Shown here in pieces: positions 30,414 to 39,142 of a stretch of DNA of 64,000 bases. Both the position numbers and the translations under genes were made by a program. Source of the stretch: Rhodocyclaceae bacterium. GTDB taxonomy: Bacteria; Pseudomonadota; Gammaproteobacteria; Burkholderiales; Rhodocyclaceae. The stretch spans positions 37,126 through 101,125 of the forward strand of contig JADKHX010000002.1 of NCBI GenBank assembly GCA_016721505.1, read 5' to 3'. The notes under the pieces were generated by a model. The model was not told where the DNA came from, ran no database searches, and saw only the letters and a list, made by a program, of their open reading frames with translations. The stretch's first letter is position 1. Each line of letters opens with the position of its first letter.

Positions 30414-32387
30414 ATGTCGCAGCCCACACTGATATCTTTTGACCAAGCGGTACGCCTGCTAGACCAAGGTAAAGACGAGCAAGCGCGCAACGCTTTCAGT
30501 GACCGCATTGCGCGGGACGCAAGCGATTGGCAATCCCTAATGATGCTGGGCATCATCGCCGGGAAGCAAGGCGACCCAACATTGGCCATCACATTTTTCG
30601 ACCGCGCGCTTGCCATTCACCCGCGACATGTGGACACACTATGCAATCGCGCCAATGCTCTGATGCTGCTGAATCGACATGAAGAAGCGTTGACCAGCTT
30701 GAATGAATTGGTCGTGATGGCACCAGACAATTCGAGTGTTTGGGGCAACAAAGCTGCGGCCTTGCAAGCTTTGGCCAGGTTACCCGAAGCGGTAGATTGC
30801 TTTGTGCAGGTGCTGGAGCTCGCGCCAGACAATCTGGATTTTTTGTTTCGCCACGGCATGGCCTGCGTGACGCTAAAGCAATATGCCGATGCGGAAAAAA
30901 GTTTGCGGCGGCTAACCACGCTAACGCCAACGAATCCGCTGGCATACCATGGCCTTGGACTGGCGCTGCAAGGTTTGGATTTGTTAGACGCTGCGCTAGC
31001 CTGTTTCGATCGTGCCAGCGCCATCAATCCCACACAGACAGATACCTATTTCGCCTGCGGCAATTTATTGATGAGTATGTCGCGCCACGAAGAAGCTGTG
31101 TTGAGTTATGACGCTGCGATACGAGTGGATTCGAAAGTGCCAGAGATTCACAATAATCGTGGTGTTGCACTCAGAACACTGCGCCGCGAAAGTGAGTCTC
31201 TTGCCGCTTTTGAAATGGCGCTCGACTTGCGACCCGATTATGCTGGCGCGCACAACAATCGCGGCGTCGCGTTTCGTCAATTGGGTCGTCTGCATGAAGC
31301 CTTGGAATGTTATGACCGCGCCCTCGAACTGTTGCCCGACTTCGTTTCCGCGCTCAGCAATCGCGGCGCGGCGCTCACCAATCTGAATCGAATTGATGAA
31401 GCACTGCAGTGCTTTAGCCAGGCACATAAGCTGTCACCTCAACAAGACGATGTCACTTATAACGAAAGCTTGTGTCTCCTACTCAAAGGCGATTTCGAGC
31501 GTGGCTTTCAACAATACGAAGCCCGTTGGACGCAAAATGGCGTAACTAAAATCAACGAGACGCACGGCAAGCCGTTGTGGCTCGGGATGAGCGACATCAA
31601 AGGCAAGACGATTTTGCTGCACGCCGAACAGGGCTATGGCGATACGCTACAGTTTTGTCGTTATGCAAAGCAGGTCGCCGCGATGGGTGCGCGTGTTGCG
31701 ATGTATGTGCCTAGCAGTTTGCTACCGTTGTTGGATGGGCTGACTGGCGTTGATGCGATGTCAGATCAAATCACTAAGTTGCCACCGGCTGATGTGCAAT
31801 GCCCTCTGTTGAGTTTGCCATTGGCATGCAAAACACGTTTGACTGACGTGAGCGGCGTGGCGTATTTGCAGGCACCGCCCCGCTATATCGATACTTGGAC
31901 AGAGCGCTTGGACGTGCAGTTGGACAAACCCACGCGACCGCGTGTCGGCGTGATGTGGAGCGGCAATAGCGCGCACCGCAATGACATGCATCGCTCAATT
32001 CCCTTGGCGCAATTTCGTCAAATCCTGTCGCTCGATGTGGATTTTTTCAGCCTGCAGAATTTCACTCATGAAGCGGAGTTACCACTCCTGGCTCAATGCA
32101 AAAATCTGCTGCGCTTCGACGACCTGCTCAAAAATTTCGCCGATACAGCAGCGCTAATTTCGGCAATGGATATGGTGATTACCGTCGATACCAGCGTGGC
32201 ACATTTAGCTGGTGCGTTGGGCAAACCCGTATGGATATTACTTCCGCTTAACCGCGACTGGCGTTGGCTGTTGGAGCGCAGCGACACACCCTGGTACGAC
32301 AACGCAACCTTGTTTAGGCAAACGCAACTTGGCGATTGGGATAGCGTTTTGGGTGCTGTATCGCGGCGACTCGCTGTGCATTTCTAA
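30414..32387 (+). CDS. TPR-repeat protein with C-terminal GT9 (heptosyltransferase-like) domain
   Basis: 657 aa. About 9 TPR units, then GYGDTLQFCRY...VDTSVAHLAGALGKPVWILLP. Confidence 0.75.
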   Translation: MSQPTLISFDQAVRLLDQGKDEQARNAFSDRIARDASDWQSLMMLGIIAGKQGDPTLAITFFDRALAIHPRHVDTLCNRANALMLLNRHEEALTSLNELVVMAPDNSSVWGNKAAALQALARLPEAVDCFVQVLELAPDNLDFLFRHGMACVTLKQYADAEKSLRRLTTLTPTNPLAYHGLGLALQGLDLLDAALACFDRASAINPTQTDTYFACGNLLMSMSRHEEAVLSYDAAIRVDSKVPEIHNNRGVALRTLRRESESLAAFEMALDLRPDYAGAHNNRGVAFRQLGRLHEALECYDRALELLPDFVSALSNRGAALTNLNRIDEALQCFSQAHKLSPQQDDVTYNESLCLLLKGDFERGFQQYEARWTQNGVTKINETHGKPLWLGMSDIKGKTILLHAEQGYGDTLQFCRYAKQVAAMGARVAMYVPSSLLPLLDGLTGVDAMSDQITKLPPADVQCPLLSLPLACKTRLTDVSGVAYLQAPPRYIDTWTERLDVQLDKPTRPRVGVMWSGNSAHRNDMHRSIPLAQFRQILSLDVDFFSLQNFTHEAELPLLAQCKNLLRFDDLLKNFADTAALISAMDMVITVDTSVAHLAGALGKPVWILLPLNRDWRWLLERSDTPWYDNATLFRQTQLGDWDSVLGAVSRRLAVHF

Positions 32388-32390
32388 TCC

Positions 32391-32488
32391 AACGGCGTGT
32401 GCTCCACGGATGGCTTTGCGCAGTCATCCGGCTACGCGGGCACGATGCAGTGTGCCGCGAATTCCCCGCTACGCCCGGCACCAACTCC
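32391..32488 (+). repeat. long-form repeat element, copy D (divergent; interior apparently inverted)
   Basis: Starts AACGGCGTGTG and ends CGGCACCAACTCC, like the family termini. The reverse complement of its interior (GGGAATTCGCGGCACACTGC...GCGTAGCCGG) aligns by eye with the interior of copy C. Confidence 0.55.
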
Positions 32489-32496
32489 TGGCCGTC

Positions 32497-33333
32497 CTAA
32501 TCCCACCCGCGCGGCACCACATATTGCCGACTGGGTTGGCAAAAAATTCGCCGGTCTTCCAAGCGCAATGCGGTTAGCGAACCACCCCACAAACAACCCG
32601 TGTCGATGGCCGCCAAATCCTTTCGCATCACCAATCCCAACGCCGACCAATGGCCACAAACGATGAGCGCAGTGGCATTAACACGATGCGCCGCGTCAAA
32701 CCAAGGTGTGCAGTTTTCCGGCCCCTGCGCGGGTGGTGCTTTACTGCCCGCCGCGCGGAATTCCATAGCCCCGTCGTTAGTCACATAACGCATCCGCGTC
32801 ATAGCGTTCACGATCACCCGCAACCTATCCCAGCCGGATAAGTCGTCCGACCACGCCGCCGGTTCCGAACCCCACATTTGAGCCATAAATTCACGATAGT
32901 TTGGCGCGCGCAGGGCAGCAGAAACTTCGTCCGACAATTGCTGCGCTTGTGCCAAAGACCAACTTGGCAAAAGTCCGGCATGCACCATCGCCCATTCACC
33001 GTGACGATGAAACAAGGGCAGACTGCGCAACCAGTTAAGTAACTTGGCTCGATCAGGCGCGGCAAGAATTTCCGCCAGCGTGTCTTCGCGATTGGCTTTG
33101 CCAAACCCTTCGGACTGCATTAACAAATGCAAATCGTGATTGCCTAAAACCACAGTTGCGGCGTCGCCCAGCGATTGGACATAGCGCAGCACCTCAAGCG
33201 ACTGTGGACCACGATTGACCAGATCGCCAACGAACCACAAACGATCTTTGCGCGCGTCAAACTCGACGTGATCCAGCAAGGATTGCAAGGCATCAAAACA
33301 GCCTTGCACATCACCGATAGCGTAAGTCGTCAT
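32497..33333 (-). CDS. apaH: bis(5'-nucleosyl)-tetraphosphatase, symmetrical
   Basis: 278 aa with GDVQGC, GDLVNRGP and GNHD metallophosphatase motifs. Confidence 0.93.
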   Translation of the reverse strand: MTTYAIGDVQGCFDALQSLLDHVEFDARKDRLWFVGDLVNRGPQSLEVLRYVQSLGDAATVVLGNHDLHLLMQSEGFGKANREDTLAEILAAPDRAKLLNWLRSLPLFHRHGEWAMVHAGLLPSWSLAQAQQLSDEVSAALRAPNYREFMAQMWGSEPAAWSDDLSGWDRLRVIVNAMTRMRYVTNDGAMEFRAAGSKAPPAQGPENCTPWFDAAHRVNATALIVCGHWSALGLVMRKDLAAIDTGCLWGGSLTALRLEDRRIFCQPSRQYVVPRGWD

Positions 33334-33796
33334 AGCAATTATTTTTGCGCGGCGAGCATCTTGGCGTATTTGGCAAAGCTGGCGATGCAGCCAATCAGGA
33401 TGTGCACCAAGCCCGCTGCGCCGTCGAGAAAGCCAAGCCGAAAGAAATAGAACTTGATGAAGCGAACCGCCGGCGAAATCAAAAGTTGCGCAATATTCGC
33501 GCGCTTGCCTTGTGCCAAAGCAATCTGGGCCGCCAGCGTGCTATATCGATTTTGTTTGGCCAAATAGTTGTCCAAGGACTCGGCCGATTCATGCAATAAA
33601 TCTCCCGCCAAAGTGCCAGTCTCACCACGATTGACGATGACCTTTTCATGCACGATATCAGCCGACCAACGCGCCGCGCGACGATCAAACAAGCGCAAAC
33701 TCCAATCCGGATAGCCTTCGCCATGACGTAAATATCTGCCCATAAACCGATTGCAGCGGGCAAAGCGATAGGCGGTTGTTTGCGCTGCAGCAGTAT

Positions 33797-33814
33797 CGTC
33801 AGTTGGTGCTGACG
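33797..33814 (-). repeat. core motif hairpin copy inside the GT2 insert
   Basis: CGTCAGTTGGTGCTGACG: 6-bp stem with a TTGGTG loop. It supplies the TGA that ends the N-terminal frame. Confidence 0.6.
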
Positions 33815-33841
33815 CGGAGTCTCGGCCCTTTGGCCGGGGGC

Positions 33842-33862
33842 GGGGGGGGGGGGGGGGGGGGG
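33842..33862 (+). repeat. 21-nt G homopolymer (poly-C on the coding strand)
   Basis: Counted directly. Preceded by GGGGGC and followed by CTTTGCGGGGCCCCCCCCTCCCC. Confidence 0.95.
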
Positions 33863-34332
33863 CTTTGCGGGGCCCCCCCCTCCCCGCTTTTAGTGACTTC
33901 ATTAGCGAGCTGCGCGCTTACCCGCTCATCCGCATCTACACACAGCACCCAATCATGCATCGCTTGTTCAACCGCGAATTGCTTTTGTGGCCCGAAGCCG
34001 CGCCAATGCGTCTGTATTACCCGCGCATCGAGGCTCGTCGCTAACTCAACCGTTGCATCTTCGCTACCCGAATCGACCACCAAAATCTCGTCGCAAAATG
34101 CAACACTGGCCAAGCATGCAGCGAGTTCGTTCGCGGCGTTTTTGGTGATGATGACTGCAGAAATGCGGCGCGCTACCGGTTCAACCAATGAGGCCATTTG
34201 GCGCTCCTAAAAATTGTGCAATCCAAAGCCGACTATGAGGCAGGCCGTGAGTGGGTCACGGCCTGATTATCGCGCCCGACTCGCGGTTTGGTTGCGGCGC
34301 ATAGCGTGCGGAATTCTTGGATAATCTTCGTC

Positions 34333-35286
34333 ATGCGCATTCTTCTAATAAAAACTTCGTCCATGGGCGACGTGATTCACAATTTGCCGGTGGTTAACGA
34401 CATTGTGGCGCGATTTCCCGATGCGCAAATCGATTGGGTGGTTGAGGAAAATTTTGCGGAGATTCCTCGTCTGCATCCGCGTGTCCAGCAAGTCATTCCG
34501 GTCGCGCTGCGGCGCTGGCGCAGGGCGCTTTTTGCTGGCAACACTTGGTCAGAGGTAGGCGAATTTCTTCGCGCCCTTCGTCGCGAAAATTACGACTATG
34601 TGATCGACACGCAAGGCTTGTTGAAGAGTGCGCTCATCACTTTTGTTACACGGGGCGTGCGCTGCGGCTACAACGCGGCATCCGCGCGCGAGGGTTTGGC
34701 AACGGTGGCTTATGACCGGCGATTTGCGGTGACGACCACGCTGCATGCGGTTGAGCGCAATCGCGCTTTGGTGGCGCAGGCAATTGGCGGTGTAAATAGT
34801 ACGTCCCTGAATTACGGCATTACACCGCCATCAAATGCCGCGGAAACGCAGACGACCGCAGTGCTGTTGACAGCAACTTCTCGCGACGACAAGCTGTGGT
34901 CGGAGACGCATTGGGTGGATTTGGGTTGTCATTTGAGCGCGCGCGGATTGATCTGCCAATTGCCCGCTGGTAGCACAATCGAACGCGAAAGGGCGACACG
35001 ATTGGTGCAGCAAATTCCCAATGCCATTGCGCTGCCGGCACAGGGATTGACGGCACTTGCTCAGGTGCTTGCCAGCGCCAAAGTCGTCATTGGTGTCGAC
35101 ACCGGTCTGGTTCATTTGGCTGCTGCGCTGGGACGCCCGACGGTGGCTATCTATTGTGCCTCGGACCCAACGCTCACTGGTGTTCTGGCTGCCACGCCGT
35201 TTGTCAATTTGGGTTCAAGTACTCTGGCGCCGAGCGCGATTGAGGTGATTGCGGCGACCGATGGTTTACTTGGTGCGGCGCATTGA
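34333..35286 (+). CDS. waaC: LPS heptosyltransferase I
   Basis: MRILLIKTSSMGDVIHNLP N-terminus and GVDTGLVHLAAALGRP motif. Start taken at ATG 34333. Confidence 0.9.
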   Translation: MRILLIKTSSMGDVIHNLPVVNDIVARFPDAQIDWVVEENFAEIPRLHPRVQQVIPVALRRWRRALFAGNTWSEVGEFLRALRRENYDYVIDTQGLLKSALITFVTRGVRCGYNAASAREGLATVAYDRRFAVTTTLHAVERNRALVAQAIGGVNSTSLNYGITPPSNAAETQTTAVLLTATSRDDKLWSETHWVDLGCHLSARGLICQLPAGSTIERERATRLVQQIPNAIALPAQGLTALAQVLASAKVVIGVDTGLVHLAAALGRPTVAIYCASDPTLTGVLAATPFVNLGSSTLAPSAIEVIAATDGLLGAAH

Positions 35287-36572
35287 TGGCGCGATTTATT
35301 TACAGCCTTTGTGTCGTATTGCTACTACCGGTGGCAGTAATTTATTTGCTCTGGCGAGCGCGCAAGCAACCAGAATATTTGAAACATTGGGGTGAGAGAT
35401 TTGGTTTTTTCGGCCACCTTTCGCGGCCCGCAAATGGGCTTTTGATTTGGCTGCACGCGGTGTCCGTCGGTGAGACGCGCGCGGCACAACCGTTGATTTC
35501 TGCGTTGCGTGAGCGCTATCCCGATCATCAAATATTGATTACCCACATGACACCCACAGGGCGCGCTACGTCGCAGGAATTGTTTGGCGATTCAATTGCA
35601 CAGTGTTATCTGCCCTACGACACAACCTGGGCAATGCAGCGCTTCTTGCGGCATTTCTCACCACGATTTGGCCTCGTTATGGAAACGGAACTGTGGCCGA
35701 ACTTAGTTGCCGCCTGCGCGCAACGTGATGTGCCGTTGATGTTGGTGAATGCGCGCCTGTCTGAAAAATCGGCGGCGGGCTACGCGAAACTTCCTGCGCT
35801 GGCAAAAGAAGCGCTGCAAGGTTTGCACGCTATTGGGGCACAATCGCAAGACGATGCAGATCGACTAACTGCGTTGGGCGCGCGCTCGCCGAGCGTCGTC
35901 GGCAATATCAAATTTGATATCGATGCGCCGGAAAACCAGATCGCGCTAGGTAAAAATTTTCGTACGCAAATCAGACAACGCCAAGTATTTCTTGCGGCTA
36001 GCACCCGCGAGGGCGAGGAAGCCTTGTTGTTGGATGCATGGTCGCGCAACGCGCCAGTTGGCGCTGGTGATACGCTTTTGCATAGCCCGCCGTTGCTCAT
36101 CATCGTTCCACGCCATCCACAGCGCTTCAACGATGTCGCGGCACTGGTTCAAGCACATGATTTGTGCCTGCAACGACGTAGCGAAAACAACGCCATCGAA
36201 GCCGGAACCGACGTGCTGCTAGGTGATTCAATGGGCGAAATGTTCGCTTGGCACACGCTCGCTGACCTTGCTTTTATTGGCGGCAGCTTGCTAGATTTTG
36301 GTAGCCAGAATTTGATTGAAGCCTGCGCGGTTGGCACGCCAGTGTTACTCGGACCGTCGACCTACAATTTTGCTGACGCCGCGTTTGAGGCGCAGGCTTG
36401 TGGTGCGGCGTTAGCGATTATTGATGCGGATGATTTGGTGCAAAAGGCGCGGGCTCTTTTGCACGATGCTGCGGCGCTTGCCCGCATGTCAGAAGCCGGA
36501 TTGCGCTTTGCTCAACAGCATCGTGGTGCAACGGCGCGGACGATGGAACTGATCGCCCGCGTCGTTAATTGA
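35286..36572 (+). CDS. waaA: 3-deoxy-D-manno-octulosonic acid (Kdo) transferase
   Basis: WLHAVSVGETRAAQPL motif. ATG 35286 overlaps the waaC stop (TGATG). Confidence 0.92.
   Translation: MARFIYSLCVVLLLPVAVIYLLWRARKQPEYLKHWGERFGFFGHLSRPANGLLIWLHAVSVGETRAAQPLISALRERYPDHQILITHMTPTGRATSQELFGDSIAQCYLPYDTTWAMQRFLRHFSPRFGLVMETELWPNLVAACAQRDVPLMLVNARLSEKSAAGYAKLPALAKEALQGLHAIGAQSQDDADRLTALGARSPSVVGNIKFDIDAPENQIALGKNFRTQIRQRQVFLAASTREGEEALLLDAWSRNAPVGAGDTLLHSPPLLIIVPRHPQRFNDVAALVQAHDLCLQRRSENNAIEAGTDVLLGDSMGEMFAWHTLADLAFIGGSLLDFGSQNLIEACAVGTPVLLGPSTYNFADAAFEAQACGAALAIIDADDLVQKARALLHDAAALARMSEAGLRFAQQHRGATARTMELIARVVN
36052..36075 (-). repeat. degenerate motif copy inside waaA
   Basis: CGCCAGTTGGCGCTGGTGATACGC, read as APVGAGDTL. 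One core mismatch. Confidence 0.4.
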
Positions 36573-36578
36573 CTAGCA

Positions 36579-37919
36579 CTATTCCAACAGCGAATTTACC
36601 GAAGCGAGGTCAGCTTCGCCCAGTCCACCCGCAGTTGCCTTCAATTTCAGCAGCGCCAACAAAGTGTCGAGCCGTGCCTTGGCTAACTTTTGTCGCGTGT
36701 CATAAAGTTGCGATTGTGCGTTGAGCACATCGATATTGATGCGCACGCCAACTTCGTAGCCGAGCTTGTTGGAATCCAGCGCCGACTGTGATGATGTCAG
36801 CGCTGCCTCAAAGGCTTTGACTTGCGACAAACCGGAAGTCACGCCCAAAAATGCCGTGCGCGCCCCTTGTGCAGCCGAGCGGCGAGCGTTGTCCAGATCA
36901 GCTTGCGCCTTGTCCTTCAAGGCCACCGCTTCGCGATCTCTGGAAGCCGTTGCACCACCAGCAAACAGCGGCACAGAGAGTTGTAAACCGACCGTAGTCG
37001 CATCAGTATCTAAACCAGTCGGCACGGATGAATTTCGCCCTTGCCCGCTATTGCTGCGGGAGGCAACCAAATCCAGTGTAGGTAGATGACCGGAACGCTG
37101 GCGATCAATTTCTCGATCGGCAATTTCAAGACTTGCTGCGGAAAGAAGTACGCCCAAACCACTTGTCTGCGCCATTTCAACCCATTTGTCGATGTTCTCT
37201 GGTTGTGGTCTCGCCAGGGCCACCCCGCTGCCCAAGCGCTTCAAATTTGGCACGTCCTTGCCTACCAAAACTTGCAATGCATATCGCTTGACGGCCAAAT
37301 CATTTTGCGCGGCGATCAATTGCGCGGTGGCTAAATCGAAACGCGCTTGCGCTTCGTGGGTGTCAGTAATCGTTGCGGTACCGACTTCAAAATTTCGTTT
37401 GGCAGATTCGAGCGTTTCGGCAATCGCAACTCGCTGCGCTTGAGCAGTGGCGAGGGTGTCTTCGGCGAGCAAGGCATCAAAATAAGCCGTGGCCACACGC
37501 AATATCAAGTCCTGTTGGGCTAAAACAAATTGCGTTTCAGCCAATCCCACAGCCAGTTCGGCTTGGTTGTAGCTAACCCAGTTTTGCCAACGGAACAGCG
37601 GCTGGGTCAGACTGACTGACCAGCCGTGCGTGTTGTACGAACTGGTCGGTAGTGGGGCGGCACCGCGTAATTGCGTATCGATGTCATTTGACGTGGTGGA
37701 CGCACCTGCAACGATCAAAGGCAACAAACCGGCGCGACCTTGTGGCAGTTTTTCGCGTCCCGCTTCCAGACTGGCGCGTGCGCTAGCAAATTGCGCATCG
37801 TAGTTGATGGCTTCGCGATATACCGAAACCAGATCGGCAGCGCCAGCCGCTTGGGTAAAACCAGCAGCCAGTGCGGCTGCAATGACACTCAAAAATAGGA
37901 AAGACTTATTACGTTTCAT
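36579..37919 (-). CDS. tolC: TolC family outer membrane channel
   Basis: 446 aa. Signal peptide and two internally repeated coiled-coil/beta halves typical of TolC. Confidence 0.88.
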   Translation of the reverse strand: MKRNKSFLFLSVIAAALAAGFTQAAGAADLVSVYREAINYDAQFASARASLEAGREKLPQGRAGLLPLIVAGASTTSNDIDTQLRGAAPLPTSSYNTHGWSVSLTQPLFRWQNWVSYNQAELAVGLAETQFVLAQQDLILRVATAYFDALLAEDTLATAQAQRVAIAETLESAKRNFEVGTATITDTHEAQARFDLATAQLIAAQNDLAVKRYALQVLVGKDVPNLKRLGSGVALARPQPENIDKWVEMAQTSGLGVLLSAASLEIADREIDRQRSGHLPTLDLVASRSNSGQGRNSSVPTGLDTDATTVGLQLSVPLFAGGATASRDREAVALKDKAQADLDNARRSAAQGARTAFLGVTSGLSQVKAFEAALTSSQSALDSNKLGYEVGVRINIDVLNAQSQLYDTRQKLAKARLDTLLALLKLKATAGGLGEADLASVNSLLE

Positions 37920-38052
37920 CGCGAACTCCGCGTCGGGGATTATGGGAACAATGAGAATTTAGGGCTTAGGCAAATGTCATGCAACTTGAGCAGGATGAAC
38001 AGTGGATTACAAAGGATGAAAAGGAGATAAAGCAGCTCGAATGGTTAAGGGA

Positions 38053-38376
38053 CTAATAGGTAGCCATACTCGGATCAACATCGCGTGCCCATGCCGCCAC
38101 ACCACCCTGCAAATTAAAAATGCGCGAAAAACCCTGTTGTTCGAGAAACATTCCGGCTTGGAAACTGCGCGCTCCGTGATGGCAAATCATCACCGTATCG
38201 GCTTCACGGTTAAGTGAATTCAACTGTTGCGGCACGCTGGACAAGGGCATCGCTTGCGCGCCTTCAATGCGGCAACGCTCAAGCTCCCACGGCTCGCGCA
38301 CATCGACCATCACTGGCTTGGTGCGGGTCGTGTCGGTTAGCCAAGCGTTCAGCATGGATGCGGATATTTGTTCCAT
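38053..38376 (-). CDS. rhodanese-domain sulfurtransferase
   Basis: Active-site loop CHHGARS. ATG 38376 preferred over the overlapping TTG 38391. Confidence 0.85.
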   Translation of the reverse strand: MEQISASMLNAWLTDTTRTKPVMVDVREPWELERCRIEGAQAMPLSSVPQQLNSLNREADTVMICHHGARSFQAGMFLEQQGFSRIFNLQGGVAAWARDVDPSMATY

Positions 38377-38380
38377 CTGG

Positions 38381-39070
38381 TCAAAACACAAAATGCGCTT
38401 CAGGTTCTAGTGGCACCAGCGCATCGGCATCGGTTTCGAAAATCGTTTCGCTGCGCACTGATTTGCCCATTCCATTTGCGCCGGCGACACAGGTCAGCAC
38501 CTTGGCTTGCATTGCCGGTGCATCACCAGTAATTACGAACAGGCGTCCGCCCACTTTGAGTTGATCAAGCAACAGCTGAGGCACCGCGTCTACAGCGCCA
38601 GAAATCATGATGACATCGAAGGGCGCTTGCTGGGCTAACCCAGCCAGACCGTTACCTTGCTCGACGGTGACATTCGTAACACCGGCATTACGCAAATTCT
38701 GCTTTGCCTGGGCGACCAACTCGGGAACAATTTCTATGCTCCACACATGCTCAGCATGCGCGCCAAGCAGCGCCGCCATAAAGCCCGATCCGGTGCCGAT
38801 TTCGAGCACACGCTCGTGCCGACGCATGGCAACGGCTTGTAGCGACTGCGCCTCTACTGAGGGTAAAAACATCCTCGCCCCGTGTCCTAAGGGCACTTCA
38901 GTATCAGCAAAGGCCAAGCCCGCATAGGCCGCAGGAACGAAACACTCGCGCTTGACGACGGAAAATAATTCCACCACGTCAGCATTCAGTACACCGGCCG
39001 GACGCACTTGTTGTTCGACCATATTGAAGCGCGCTTTTTCGACATTCATAAAAGCAGCAGGATGAGTCAT
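38381..39070 (-). CDS. protein-L-isoaspartate O-methyltransferase family protein
   Basis: 229 aa with the VLEIGTGSGFMAALLG SAM motif. Confidence 0.8.
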   Translation of the reverse strand: MTHPAAFMNVEKARFNMVEQQVRPAGVLNADVVELFSVVKRECFVPAAYAGLAFADTEVPLGHGARMFLPSVEAQSLQAVAMRRHERVLEIGTGSGFMAALLGAHAEHVWSIEIVPELVAQAKQNLRNAGVTNVTVEQGNGLAGLAQQAPFDVIMISGAVDAVPQLLLDQLKVGGRLFVITGDAPAMQAKVLTCVAGANGMGKSVRSETIFETDADALVPLEPEAHFVF

Positions 39071-39142
39071 ACACAGCTCCGATTGAAAGTAAGTAACGCA
39101 GATGCTTGCGGCAAGATCAGAAATTTCAAGCGAATAATCATT

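Larger units (their letters stand above)
33339..34197 (-). pseudogene. family-2 glycosyltransferase (LPS core, WaaE/KdtX-like), frameshifted at a poly-G tract
   Basis: The N-terminal half (34197..33799: ISAVIITKNAANEL...VVDSGSED...DADERV) and C-terminal half (33902..33339: AYRFARCNRFMGRYLRHGEGYPD...) are in frames one base apart. They are separated by an ~90-nt low-complexity insert. The total span of 859 nt is 3n+1. Confidence 0.8.

Noticed and set aside
33776-34210. 144-aa plus-strand ORF across the poly-G tract (encodes GGGGGGGG)
   Set aside because: It is antisense to the GT2 halves, which carry clear glycosyltransferase motifs. The frame is open only because of the homopolymer.
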